From: Trichosphaerium sp. ATCC 40318
Taxonomy: Eukaryota > Protista > Tubulinea
Assembly: GCA_038496445.1 (NCBI GenBank)
Contig: JALMLS010000186.1
Location: 62,001 to 126,000 of the forward strand
DNA length: 64,000 nt
Direction of reading: 5' to 3'
The translations under genes and the position numbers were made by a program. Of this stretch, positions 13,701-25,450 are shown piece by piece. The notes under the pieces are model-generated. The model was given only the letters and a program-made list of their open reading frames with translations, was not told the DNA's origin and did not search any database. Each line of letters starts with the position of its first letter. The stretch's first letter is position 1.

Positions 13701-15382
13701 GTTCCTGTTACAATTGGTGAGGCCGGTATTCTAAAGCTTAAGGTCCCTGGATCTTTTATTAACTTCACAAACACTGTGGACTCTTCAGGAACTCTTTTCT
13801 TGGATGTATCACAAGATTTCTTCAAAGTAGAGATTGGTGATACACTCTCACTATTTGCCTCACTCTCTGAACCACAATTTGCTACTGTTTCGGCTCCTTT
13901 TAACACACGTATCAATTTCACAAACGGAACAGTAGAAATTGAAGTACTCGGTAAGAACAAGCCTTCACAAAACCAGTTTTGTTTTCAGTCTCTTCTCCTT
14001 ATTACTTTGTAGAACCTGTGACCTCTTTGGAAGAAGATGACTGGTTGGATGCATCTAGATTCGCCGTGCTCCTACTCGCTATTGTGGGTGCTGTATTCAT
14101 TGTTGGACTTATGTTCCTCACTGTAGCTTATCGGTTCGTTGTTTTTTTAGTTTTTTCAAAAATACATGATTTCTAACAACTTCCCATAGCCGTGTTACCA
14201 TTATGCTCATTGCTGTACCACAACTTCTGTTTGTTACATTGTTCGGAGCTCTTGTTTCAGTAGCAGGTATAGTAGCTTGGGTAGCGCCTGCCGAATCCAG
14301 AGCTGTTTGTGAGCTAAGAGTTTGGTTACCTTTTGTTGGTTTTGCTCTTGTATTTGCGTACGTCAATATCATTCCATTTAGTTTGTTTGTTTATGTTTGC
14401 TGACCTAATATATGTAGTCCTCTATTCGCCAAAACGTACAGATTATGGCGTGTCTTCAGCGGAAACGGTCTAGAGAGTGTTAAAATTGCACTCTTTGATC
14501 TTGCAAAGATTATTCTAGTTGTATTCCTTGTTGAGGTTATTATCCTCTCTATTTGGAGCGGTACCTCTGGTCACCTGTCAGTAGTTAAACCAGATAATAA
14601 TGACTCATCCATTCTGCACTATGACTGTTCATCTGATAACACCACTGCCTTCTTGGTTATTCTTATTTTGTACAATGTACGCCTTTGTTTTCTTTATGTT
14701 TGTTTTTTCCTTTAAATGCTTGCCGCTCACTATACTTTCTAGGGTGCTATTCTCATTGCTGGTTGTATTCTTACTTTCCTTGTAAGAAAGGTACCAAGTA
14801 GAGCAAATGAAGCTCGTTACATTGCTATTGGTACGCTCATAGTTTGGGTTGTTTTTCTCTCATACTAATTTTTTCTCGTAGCAATTTACAATGTGTTTGT
14901 TTGGGGTCTCTTGATTGTTATTATTGGATTTGCATTACGCAACACATCTAACAGAGATGCTATTATACTAGTGATAGGCCTAGGTATTTGGTTCTTTGCA
15001 ATAGGTACGTTATGAAGAACTCTTTTGTATTTACCTTTGGATTTTATTCTTACTTTGCATTCTTTTAGTTACTGCTGCTGTTCTCGTGCTGCCAAAATTC
15101 TATGTTATTATCTTCCGTCCTAGTTCAGACGTTGCTAAGGTAAGTACTGCTACTTCAGTTACATGGGGTGGTTCTATGCAGATGAGCACCAGACACGGAG
15201 GTAGTTCGAAACTATCTTCTAAAAATAGTCAAGTATCAGGAGATATTACTGAGGCTGACTTGGGCGATAATATTGCAGAGCTTCAGGATGAAATTGCTGC
15301 ATTAGAGGATAAATTGAATACTCTACAAGGCACTGATAGCGAAGAGTATAGTGAGGATTCTGATGAAGAATCTTCTGATTAA
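10767..15382 (+). CDS. Class C (GABA-B/Grl-like, 7tm_3) GPCR with pectin-lyase-like parallel beta-helix ectodomain
   Basis: Signal peptide; VYLSTSGTDTGAC...PCATLQYAL; repeated xxNSxFxxN / NCxFxxN; 7TM motifs GFALVFAPLFAKTYRLWRVF, RKVPSRANEARYIAI, LPKFYVIIFRP; about 15 or more introns. Confidence 0.85.
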
Positions 15383-15895
15383 GAATAAGTTAAACAAAAG
15401 AAAAAGTAGAAAAAACGAGAAAATGATTTTTTTTTCTTCAACAGCTAGCTGCTAAGAAAAAACAATCACGTTTTTTTGTGCTTTTCTTCTTTGTAAACTG
15501 TTGTTTTAATAATGTATTACAAAAAATAAAGTTTGAAACATAACACTAACACGTGTAAGTCCATGAAATAAAATCGTAAGCACCTATTGCTCATCATTGT
15601 AGTATGTTATTATACAAGTATAGCATAGGACAGTGCAGCTCATATGTGCTTGGTTGGCACCAATGCTTGTCAGCTTTCGGTTGGGCGTTCGGTGTAATGC
15701 AGATAAATAAGTAACTTTTATCTCAAATTCTTTAGATTAAGTAATGTCCATAGAAATCACGAAAAGAGTGTACCACAAAAAACAATGAACATTCTTCTGA
15801 GAAAATTCTATTCATTTTTTGGTCGTTAAGTCAAGTTATCAAACAACGCAAACAACACAACGCTTCCCAATAATATTCAAAACGGACTAAAATAT

Positions 15896-16735
15896 ATGGC
15901 ACTAAAACGCAGTAAAACAGCGGACGGAATTAACTCACTTTCGTTACCTCCAGAGACATTAACTCAAATTCTCCGCCATTTGGACAAAGAAGAACTTATT
16001 TCATCTTCAATCGTCTCTCGTATGTTCAATGATGTCATTCGCATCAATATTGGGTTCGAATACCTTTGGTTGAAAGAATCATCAGAGTGTGAGGTTCTAA
16101 GAGGCAGTCCATTACTTAAAAACACAATCAATTTTGAGGGCTATGAGTTGTCAGAGAATTACTTGAGTTGTCTGCATGGTGTTCACACGATAAATTTGAG
16201 TGATACAAGTATTACAGATACAGGCATCCTCACTTTAGCTCAAGGAGGAAACCACAGCATTCATGACATCAATTTACGATCCACACAGATAACAGATGTT
16301 TCGTTAAAAGCACTCAAGAATGTTCACACCATCAACATTTGGGGGTGCAATAATGTAACTGTTGAAGGTGTTAAATCACTCTGTAACGTACACAAAATTA
16401 CAATAGAAGGATCAAACCGCTATAAAATAGCCCATATGGTCTGTACTGATATCAGTGATGGCTTGATAAATGATCCACCAGATGAATGGCTCAAACATCT
16501 TGGCAATGTACATACAGTTCGTATCGGTAATGGCCAGTTCATTACAGATGATGGAATCAAAGCATTGGTAAATGTAAAACGCCTAGAGTTAGATGAATGC
16601 AAATTGGTAACAGACTCAGGGATGAAGCATTTGACAAATCTTAAGCACCTAAAACTTTCACATTGTGATAATATTTCATGTGATTGCATGAGCCACTCAA
16701 AATCTCTCAAAACACTCAAAATTCAGGACTCATGA
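15896..16735 (+). CDS. Intronless F-box/LRR protein
   Basis: LSLPPETLTQILRHLD...SIVSRMFNDVI F-box; GVHTINLSDTSITDTGI-type LRRs. Confidence 0.9.
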   Translation: MALKRSKTADGINSLSLPPETLTQILRHLDKEELISSSIVSRMFNDVIRINIGFEYLWLKESSECEVLRGSPLLKNTINFEGYELSENYLSCLHGVHTINLSDTSITDTGILTLAQGGNHSIHDINLRSTQITDVSLKALKNVHTINIWGCNNVTVEGVKSLCNVHKITIEGSNRYKIAHMVCTDISDGLINDPPDEWLKHLGNVHTVRIGNGQFITDDGIKALVNVKRLELDECKLVTDSGMKHLTNLKHLKLSHCDNISCDCMSHSKSLKTLKIQDS

Positions 16736-17059
16736 CCCTATTATTGATAAACTATCATTCCAACAAACTGTGTGCTAATGTCAGTAGAGGCAAGCAACCT
16801 GTTAACAAGTAATAAACAACGACAAAAGGGAATTACTGAACTAAATTAGTTCTGACTAGAATTCTGAATTACAAATTGCTATGTGCTGTTTTAAGCTATG
16901 CTTTGAACTTTTACAATTTTACAAGAATTTCCATTAACAGTGAGTTAATTATAAGGTGGAAGGAATTAGAAACACAGCTATTTTGCCCTACTGCCAATGT
17001 TACATGGTTGGCCCACCATGTTTTCTTTGCTTGCATTTAAACATAAGTGTTGCTACGCC

Positions 17060-17185
17060 TAGGCTTATTCAAACAAGCTTTATTCAAATAGTTTGTATAA
17101 CAGCTACCAGTACAATCAATATCGATATTGATAACCATGAAGGCCGACTAGTAACATTATATCCATATCATTTTATCTCCAAGCC
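17060..17185 (-). pseudogene. Remnant of the 3' end of an F-box/MORN gene (paralog of 21399-22526)
   Basis: Reverse complement ggatataatgttactagtcggccttcatggttatcaatatcgatattgattg aligns with ggatatgatgtttctagtagaccttcatggttttcaatatcaacattgattg near 22428-22480. Confidence 0.7.
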
Positions 17186-17432
17186 AAAAAAGGAATTTTA
17201 ACAGATTTGCTGATAAAGCTATAAACCACCTAGCCATCTTAGCTGCTAGTATAAACAAGGTACCTTGTTTACGTTTCTTATGAAGCAGTTCAATAGTAGC
17301 ATGTAGAAGAATAGTCTCTGAGAGAGTTGACTTGACTAACATTAAGCCTACATATAAAGCGCAATACATAGCTTGCCAATGTACCAAAAGAAGTATATAT
17401 ATAAAAAAGCTTTTTCTGAGGTATTAACAATA

Positions 17433-18426
17433 GGCCTTGCTTCTACATTCCATAGGCAGGATAATATTACAGCGACTACGAAAGATAGTTATTTTACGAT
17501 TATCTTCGCATACCCAAAAGTACAAGAAAACATAGACTCATTGGAGAAAATGGGTGCACGTGTTCTATTTAACGTAGATGCAACATGTTTACACCTGGAT
17601 AGTACTATTAAATACCGAAAGTACGTTCTTGTTTTCCAAAAAAAACTCTCTTCAAAACATGAAAAAAAAACGGTCACGTGATTAGTAACAAACTTGTTTA
17701 GATTTGATTGTATTATTTTCAACTTTCCACACTCTGGCAAACAGAATATCAGTATAAACAAGCGACTCATTTCTGGTTTTTTCTTATCGGCACGGGAATA
17801 TCTCAAACCTGGCGGATTTATCCACATAACAGTAAAGGTAAAACTCTCAATACAGCTCAAATCTCCTTTTTTTCTAACCAAACAATTTACATTGATTAAA
17901 GAATGTGAACGAACAAAAATGTAACCAAAGGATTTGCTAGGATCATTCGTTTCCTTATAGTCAATGGAATGTATGTGGTTTAGCAAAACAACGCGGTTTA
18001 ACAAAGACTGGCCAGTTTCCGTTTAACAGATATGCGTATCCTGGATACGCACATGTGACAACAAATGCTAGACCAGGCAGTCGATTTAACATATACGGTG
18101 CACGAACTTATCAATTTGAAGTGGCTTCCCCTCTAGAGGAGTCGTTTCAATACCATGTAACACCTTCGTACGCTAGTTGCTGTAGCCGTTTGTACTTTTG
18201 CTTAATCCTCAATCTGTGCAGAGAACTGAAATCAGAACCTCCAAAATATGCCCTGCAAAGTTGTACACCTAATGCACACTCGCCTTCTGAAGCGCAGATA
18301 GAACAGCTAGAACCTCAGACAAAACACAACAATAGCATTAGGGTCTATAACTACAAACCTATACTTGTGTTCATTTTCATTGTTGGCACACTAAGTCTTT
18401 TGACGCTCCTCTACAGACCAACATAG
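17433..18426 (+). CDS. DUF2431 (Bmt5/Bmt6-like rRNA m3U methyltransferase domain) gene; 5' exon not found
   Basis: NITATTKDS, ENIDSLEKMGARVLFNVDAT, FDCIIFNFPHSG, LISGFFLSA, GGFIHITVK, YPGYAH; GT-AG introns (e.g. 17621-17701). Confidence 0.75.
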
Positions 18427-18661
18427 GTTTGGAAAATCTGGTAAATAACAAAGATTCAAATCAGAGCTTAAAGCACCAGACAGACCTGCACTTTTTCTTA
18501 AGTAAATAAAGATGTTGACAAAACTTGGCTGATTCGTTTATTGCAGTGTAAATTATTTGATTAGTCAGATTTTTTCTTGTACAAGAAGTCATTGTTTATT
18601 ACTTTTGTGGTGTTAACAATTATGCCTGCTTGTACCGAACCTTTCTTGCAATGACACTGAG

Positions 18662-19522
18662 TTAGCAAATAAACGACGGGTCCTGAGGGTCCTGAATTTT
18701 GAGTGTTTTGAGAGATTTTGAGTGGCTCAAACAATCACGTGAAATATTATCACAATGTGAAAGTTTAAGGTGCTTAAGATTTGTCAAATGCTTCATCCCT
18801 GAGTCTGTTACCAATTTGCATTCACCTAACTCTAGGCGTTTTACATTTACCAATGCTTTGATTCCATCATCTGTAATGAACTGGCCATTACCAATACGAA
18901 CTGTATGTACATTGCCAAGATGTTTGAGCCATTCATCTGGTGGATCATTCAAGTCATCCCTGACATCAGTACAGATCATATGGGCTATTTTATAGCGGTC
19001 TGATCCGTCTATTGTAATTTTGTGTACGTTACAGAGTGATTTAACACCTTCAACAGTTACATTATCACACCCCCAAATGTTGATGGTGTGAACATTCTTG
19101 AGTGCTTTTAACGAAACATCTGTTATCTGTGTGGATTGTAAATTGATGTCATGAATACTGTGGTTTCCTCCTTGAGCTAATATGAGGATGCCTGTATCTG
19201 TAATACTTGTATCACTCAAATTTATCGTGTGAACACCATGCAGACAACTCAAGTCATTCGTTGATAACTCATAGCCCTTAAAATTGATGATTGTGTTTTT
19301 CAGTAATGGACTGCCTCTTAGAACCTCACACTCTGATGATTCTTTCAACCAAAGGTATTCGAGCCCAATATTGATGCGAATGACATCATTGAACATACGA
19401 GAGACGATTGAAGATGAAATAAGTTCTTCTTTGTCCAAATGGCGGAGAATTTGAGTTAATGTCTCTGGAGGTAACGAAAGTGAGTTAATTCCATCTGCTG
19501 TTTTACTGCGTTTTAGTGCCAT
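18662..19522 (-). CDS. Intronless F-box/LRR protein (inverted twin of 15896-16735)
   Basis: Protein nearly identical to the 15896 ORF. Confidence 0.9.
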   Translation of the reverse strand: MALKRSKTADGINSLSLPPETLTQILRHLDKEELISSSIVSRMFNDVIRINIGLEYLWLKESSECEVLRGSPLLKNTIINFKGYELSTNDLSCLHGVHTINLSDTSITDTGILILAQGGNHSIHDINLQSTQITDVSLKALKNVHTINIWGCDNVTVEGVKSLCNVHKITIDGSDRYKIAHMICTDVRDDLNDPPDEWLKHLGNVHTVRIGNGQFITDDGIKALVNVKRLELGECKLVTDSGMKHLTNLKHLKLSHCDNISRDCLSHSKSLKTLKIQDPQDPSFIC

Positions 19523-19757
19523 ATATTTTAGGTTGTTTTGAATATTATTGGGAAGCGTTGTGTGTTGTTTGCGTTGTTTTGATAACTTGACTTAACGACC
19601 AGAAAATGTATAGAATTTTCTCAGAATTATGTTCACTGTTTTTGTGGTACACTCTTCTTTCGTGATTTTTTTTGGCGACAGGTTTAACAATACTACATTT
19701 GATACTTGTAAAAATATTACAAGTTCGTATTTTTGAGTTGTGTTTGTCAACAAGCAA

Positions 19758-20646
19758 CTAGTTCCATTTATTACTTACTAATTCTTGATTGATCCAAGTT
19801 ATGCCTAATGCTTCAACATCGTTCTTGGTGATCTTGTTGGTAAAAACGTTGGCATACAATCTAAGGGTTTTAAGAGATTTCAAATATTTTAAGCAATCCT
19901 TTGTAATCCCTGTACAACCTAAAATCTCAAGGTGTTCAAGATTTACCAAGCCCTTCATCTGTTATTCTATGCCGTAACATATGCAAGCTGAGATCTTTAA
20001 CATTTATCAATGATCTGATACCATTTGTTGTATCATTATCATTCCTTGAAACAAGATTCCTTCTACCGATGCAAACTGTATGTACATTACAAAGTTGTTT
20101 TATCCAAGAGTCTCTTATACTACTGATTAAAATGCAATGGACACGATCTTTGATAGCATTTATACCTTTATCAGTATGTACACCTCTCAGAGCCATCAAT
20201 GATACATCTGTTATTTCAGTATAATCTAAATTGATGGTGTGGATGTTGTGGTTTCCTTCTCCATCTGTTAAAGCGATGATATGCGAGTCTGTTATGTTTG
20301 AATGTGGTAGGTGGATTGAATAGACACCATCAAGACAAGCCAAGTCATCACGTGATAACTTAACTCTGCTACAACGTAATTTTGTGTTTTTGAGCAATAA
20401 ACTTGCTTTGAGAACTCTACAATCAGAAGGCTCTTTTAACTGGATGTCAATAAACCCAATATTGTTACGTATGATGTCGGTAAATAGATGCGAAACCGAG
20501 GAAGCTCTAATACGCTGTGTTCTGTCCAAGTATAGTAGAATATGAGTAATAGTCTCTGGTGGTAGGTTTGTAACTTTAGTTTGGTTTATTGATGTCATGC
20601 GGTACTCGGCTAACGTGGCACGTTGGTAAGACTCCATTTGACTCAA
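19758..20646 (-). pseudogene. Frameshifted F-box/LRR gene
   Basis: F-box TNLPPETITHILLYLD and LRRs; frame switches at about 19955 (ITDEG / MKGLVNLEHL). Confidence 0.8.
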
Positions 20647-21398
20647 TCATTACCAATAGTATTCTGAGCTAGAGTTTATTTTTATCTCAATAGTTATCAA
20701 TGTACCTCTTCGTAGAAGACGGTAAAAGTGAGATGCTTATCTGAAAAAGTCGCAAGAGCCAATGACCAATCTTGCTCTTCTAACGAACACAAAATAGAAA
20801 GAATTTAGCAACCTGTTACGTGTGTTAAAGTCGACAAGTGAGACAAAAGATACATATGTATTTTGTTAGTCTTAGTGTATATACCTCTGAACTATTGTTT
20901 AATACATCTATTATAGTACAAATACGTTATGGTATTCTGTAGAAACTATACAGAAGTGTACCAGTACAGCACAACACCAAACTTGGAACGCTCTCCTTTT
21001 TTTATTGCAATTCCTTAATAGCTCTTGTGGAGGCACGCAAATAGCGACAATACGCGCAGTAAAGCCAATTGTTGAGGATAAAGTGCTATTTGTTCGTTAG
21101 AAAGTATTATCGACAATTCTTAACTCGAAAATGCCTGTCAATTCTACTGTTACGATGCTTGCGCGTAAATTACGGTAATGAACAGTACCTCCTAAAATAA
21201 TACTATATTTCGGCTATTTTCGTTTAGGACGATTTCAGAAAATGGAATAAGCCTACCCACGATAACTAAACGCGTCATAAAACAAGTGGGAGTAGTATAG
21301 TACAAACTCCTAGAACAAGCGACTTAATGTTCCTACACTGCAATTTTTTTACTTAAAACACATCGTAACGCAATAGCTACCTACCTTGTGTTAATACA

Positions 21399-22526
21399 AT
21401 GTCTCTATCAACTAATTCATGCGACGAACAGCCAAAAACAGATCAAACCGAAACTAAAGACACTAACTCACCCTTGACGCTATTAGAACTACCCACGGAG
21501 CTTCTATACGCAATATATACACTTGACGAAGAAACGTCTTTTAAATGGCCTTCATTATGCTTTCACGCCGCTTATACTTCTGTATACGACGAAAATCTTA
21601 AAAAACACGGGTTATTCATTCGATACAAAGCGGGTATTTGGACAAAGTGTAAATATAGACACGGAAAAATAGTTGGACCTTTCGTTTCGACTTACAAAAT
21701 TCGCCCGGGAAATAGAATATCGAGCTCGGATGAACATAAAACTAAACAGAAATGTATCTACATTGACGGTAAAAAAAACGGGATCGACACGTGGTTTTTT
21801 AAGAACGGGAAAATAAGAAGAAAGTGCCACTTTAAAAATGGAAAGTATGACGGTCCTTACTTGTTTTGGCATAGGAATGGAAACATAAAGTATTCTATAA
21901 ACTTTAAGGATGGTTTATTACATGGTGATTATAAGAGTTTTTTCGAGAATGGTGATATCGAGTATGATAGTGTTTTTAAGTTTGGTAAGAAGAACGGACA
22001 AGATGTTTGGAAATCACAACATAATTATGGTGTAATAAGAAAAGAAAGGTTATTTGATAACGGTGTTAAGACTGGTACATATCAAACATTTATTACCTCT
22101 AGAGATCAAGTAACCTTTATAGAAAAAGGTACTTATGTATTTGGTAAGAAAGAAGGAGAGAGTTTGATACTAAACCAGGCAGATGACTTTAATGTCGAAG
22201 GAACTATAACATATAAAAACGGGCAGAAACAACATGTCATTGAATACTTTCCTAACGGTAAAATAAAGTTTGAGTCTGGTTATAAGTATGGTATGCGTCA
22301 TGGCAAGTGTACCGAGTATAATATTGATGGAAGTATAAGGTATTCAAAGGTGTATAAAGCCGTTAAAAATAGAGGTGCTACACTTTTTGATAGGCGTCAA
22401 AGTTGCTGGAGACAATATGATAATATTGGATATGATGTTTCTAGTAGACCTTCATGGTTTTCAATATCAACATTGATTGCAGTATTGGTAGCCAGTTACG
22501 CTTACTATACGAATTACATTGGTTAA
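21399..22526 (+). CDS. Intronless F-box + MORN-variant repeat protein with C-terminal hydrophobic tail
   Basis: LLELPTELLYAIYTLD...KWP; GKKNG...WFFKNGKI repeats; terminal WFSISTLIAVLVASYAYYTNYIG. Confidence 0.85.
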   Translation: MSLSTNSCDEQPKTDQTETKDTNSPLTLLELPTELLYAIYTLDEETSFKWPSLCFHAAYTSVYDENLKKHGLFIRYKAGIWTKCKYRHGKIVGPFVSTYKIRPGNRISSSDEHKTKQKCIYIDGKKNGIDTWFFKNGKIRRKCHFKNGKYDGPYLFWHRNGNIKYSINFKDGLLHGDYKSFFENGDIEYDSVFKFGKKNGQDVWKSQHNYGVIRKERLFDNGVKTGTYQTFITSRDQVTFIEKGTYVFGKKEGESLILNQADDFNVEGTITYKNGQKQHVIEYFPNGKIKFESGYKYGMRHGKCTEYNIDGSIRYSKVYKAVKNRGATLFDRRQSCWRQYDNIGYDVSSRPSWFSISTLIAVLVASYAYYTNYIG

Positions 22527-22803
22527 AAGCTTGATTGAAGTTAGCTTAATGTCATATGACTTAGTTGTCACAAGCAACAGACGCTGGTCCAAGCATATAA
22601 CAGAGGCAGTAGAAACATTGCGTAAAATAGGATGGACTAGATCTTGTGCTTATATAAACAAGCATAACGTTTGATCTAGTGTTGGCAAGGCTCTGTTGTT
22701 GACTATGAAAATAAAATACTTTTGTTTTGACCATTTTGATAGTTCTCGCTTTACTCGTATGGTTTAGACCAACAATAGTTTGGAAGAATTAAAACTACTT
22801 CGT

Positions 22804-23070
22804 TTACTCTAAACAAAGAAATTGCAGATACGCATCACCATCAACCTTTAATGAGGCTGAAGTTAGAATACACTCGCGAATTGAGCGGTACTCATCGAAC
22901 ACTTTAAAGTGAGACTTTTCTTCAAAACCCCATATTGTACACGTGATTCTAAGCTGTTGAGCCTTCCGATAATATCGCTTATCTTTTGTAGTGAAAAAAC
23001 AGTTAGGTTGGTCTCTTTCAACATTAATTACTTGGGATTCTTTTTCTGTGTTTAGTGCTCTTTCCGACAT
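22804..23070 (-). CDS. Short hypothetical ORF or exon
   Basis: ATG-started 88-aa ORF with protein-like composition; no family recognised. Confidence 0.25.
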   Translation of the reverse strand: MSERALNTEKESQVINVERDQPNCFFTTKDKRYYRKAQQLRITCTIWGFEEKSHFKVFDEYRSIRECILTSASLKVDGDAYLQFLCLE

Positions 23071-23985
23071 TAACTTTTTATAACCTCCGCATTCCAGGCA
23101 CTAGTAAAAGAATAACAATACTTGATTAAACGTCTACCAAATACCTAGAGATACTTGAATGTCGAAGCAGAGGCTGTGGCTAATGAAATCGAAACGCAAG
23201 GTCGTTGACTACGATGAAGCAAATTAGCAGTTTTTGCTGGTACTTTTTTTTTCAGCATAAAGACGATGATAAAGAGACTTTGTAGCGGCAATGACACTGC
23301 TCAAAGGGTTGGTTATTTACTCATGTGTGGCAAAAGTAACAATATGACTACAATTCAAATCAAAGTTGATGGTGCTATGGCTCTAGATAGATAGCCAAAT
23401 AGCAACCTCACTGGCCATTAACCACTTGCTGTTAAAGTTTTTTGTGCCTTTGTTGTGTCTGTACCAAATCAAAACACATTGTTTTCAGAGTGATGTAGAA
23501 CCTTACACAACACTTTTTTCTTATCGCATACTTTCCACCAGTGGTTGTTCTTCCAGTAACAAAGGAGTCTAAACCCTATCGTTCAAGTTTGTTGACATAC
23601 ATGCAAATCCTGTTTTATACAGCTAAACACAACTGTTCAGGGCTATGTACGATGGTGAGGGGGAAAAAGTAGGTACTGAACAAACAAAACTGTAGGAGTA
23701 CAAGAGAACCAATCGACAGATTATAAAAAAATGTTACAAATGAAGCACTAGGTGAAAACATCAAAGTTGACTGTTAAAAACGGCTTCTGAATTCAAATCA
23801 AATATTGATTACAGATCCACATCACTTTGACGGAATATGGATTGCCACAAAACAAAAGGGTGTTTATTTTACCCGGGTACAATTCACAAAAGTTGAGGGA
23901 TTTATGCAGCATCCTAACTTTTCACTACCGTTCTGTTTTCTTTGAATCTATTAACTAATTTTGAAGCTAAACTTCCTACCACAAC

Positions 23986-24189
23986 ATGGAATGTCCTTAT
24001 AGACCAACCACAAACAAGTATATCAAGACAACTGAGTACCTTTTCGGGCCCATAGACCCAGTACCCAACTCAATGTGGAACGCATCCAAACCCCTTTCGC
24101 AAAAATACAAGCTTGTAAAATATTTCCCTTCCCCAGTTACCTTGGCAGATAACAAGTTCTTGAGGCTAAACTCCTACAAGTTCCTAAAG
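23986..24189 (+). other. Coding-like exon fragment of an unidentified gene
   Basis: MECPYRP...LNSYKFLK ends at an aag|gtaatt donor; the remaining exons were not resolved. Confidence 0.3.
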
Positions 24190-24327
24190 GTAATTGACAC
24201 GGTTATTTTTCAAAGAAATTTCTCCCGAGACGTAATATGTGTTTGTGACCTAAAAATGAAACGAAAAATCACATGATTTTCTTAAACTTTAAAAACAGCA
24301 AAACCGCAAACCAAAAACCTCAAGACA

Positions 24328-25450
24328 ATGAAACAACACGTCTGTATACTACTTTTACTTCTGTTATGTGCTACTTCAAGTATCTACGCTTATTGGCAAA
24401 CATGCCTCTGGAAACCAGATCGTGGCAAAGAAATACCAAAATAGGTATTTTGTCGCAAGCGGACCTTATACAACTGTAACATGGAATGTTGCACCTGGAG
24501 ATAAATTCATTCCGCTGGAGTACCTATTCACTACCACCCACGGTGCTTTTACTTTGTTTATAAAGCCTGGTAAAAAGTGGATGTTAGCGTACATTGATGA
24601 TACTACAAAGGAGTGGCGAGTTGCGGATGGCGGGAGAACTAGACTCGGGTCTTGGCCAACAAAGTGGAACGACAAGTATGTCTCTGGATACTTCGACAAC
24701 TCAGCACAAAAATCTTTGTTCGTAGCCAACCCAGACGGTAGATACGCAACTCTCAGGATTGAGTATTACTCTCAATTTGGTTTTGATGGCTTCACATGGA
24801 GACAAATCCAACACGCAACAAACGGAGACATTTCTTCCTCAGATCAAATTATTTCAGGTTTTTTCGAAGTAATTAACCCTCATCCTCAATCATATGTCGT
24901 TCATATTAAATCCGCTGGGTATCAAGTGATGAACTACAACAGAAATACAAACAGCTGGGATATTCTATCAAGTACAACGTCAGGACGAATATACTGGTGG
25001 GTGATCAATCCAAATGACCATTATGTTGTAGGAAGCTTCTATGATGCTCCTACAGAGGATCTCTTAGCTATAAACTCGAACGGATGGCATCATACAATGA
25101 AATTTGATAATGCTACAAAACAGTTTGTTTATACGGAAGGAGGACATGGAGGTCTTATTGGTGTGTGGGTAATTCATGATAGTGATACTTTTCTCGGTGG
25201 AGACTTTGACGTGTCTTCATTTTCTAACACTGATGCCGTTGTGGCGATTAATCAAAATGGTTATTCGCAAATGATGAAGTTTGTGAACAATCAGTGGACT
25301 TATGTAACTGGTAATACTGGCAATGGATTGATTGGTAATTGGCATATTGGTTCAGATGACCACTATACGCAAGTCTTAGCGGTTGGATATGGGCGCAGCA
25401 GATTAATTTGCATTGGCAGTAGTCAGGCATGGGCAAGTGTTAACGAATAA
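24328..25450 (+). CDS. Intronless secreted beta-propeller (FG-GAP/VCBS-like repeats) with a frameshift after the signal peptide
   Basis: Signal MKQHVCILLLLLLCATSSIYA in one frame; repeats GxIGxWxI...D...G(D/S)F(D/Y)...AINxNG...MKF in another; removing one A at 24398-24400 fuses them. Confidence 0.7.

Larger units (their letters stand above)
15754..19668. repeat. About 1-kb inverted duplication (15754-16739 vs 18679-19668), including about 140 bp upstream of the ATG
   Basis: Near-identical reverse-complement sequence from aaatcacgaaa..gagtgtaccacaaaaa through aaaattcaggac. Confidence 0.92.
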
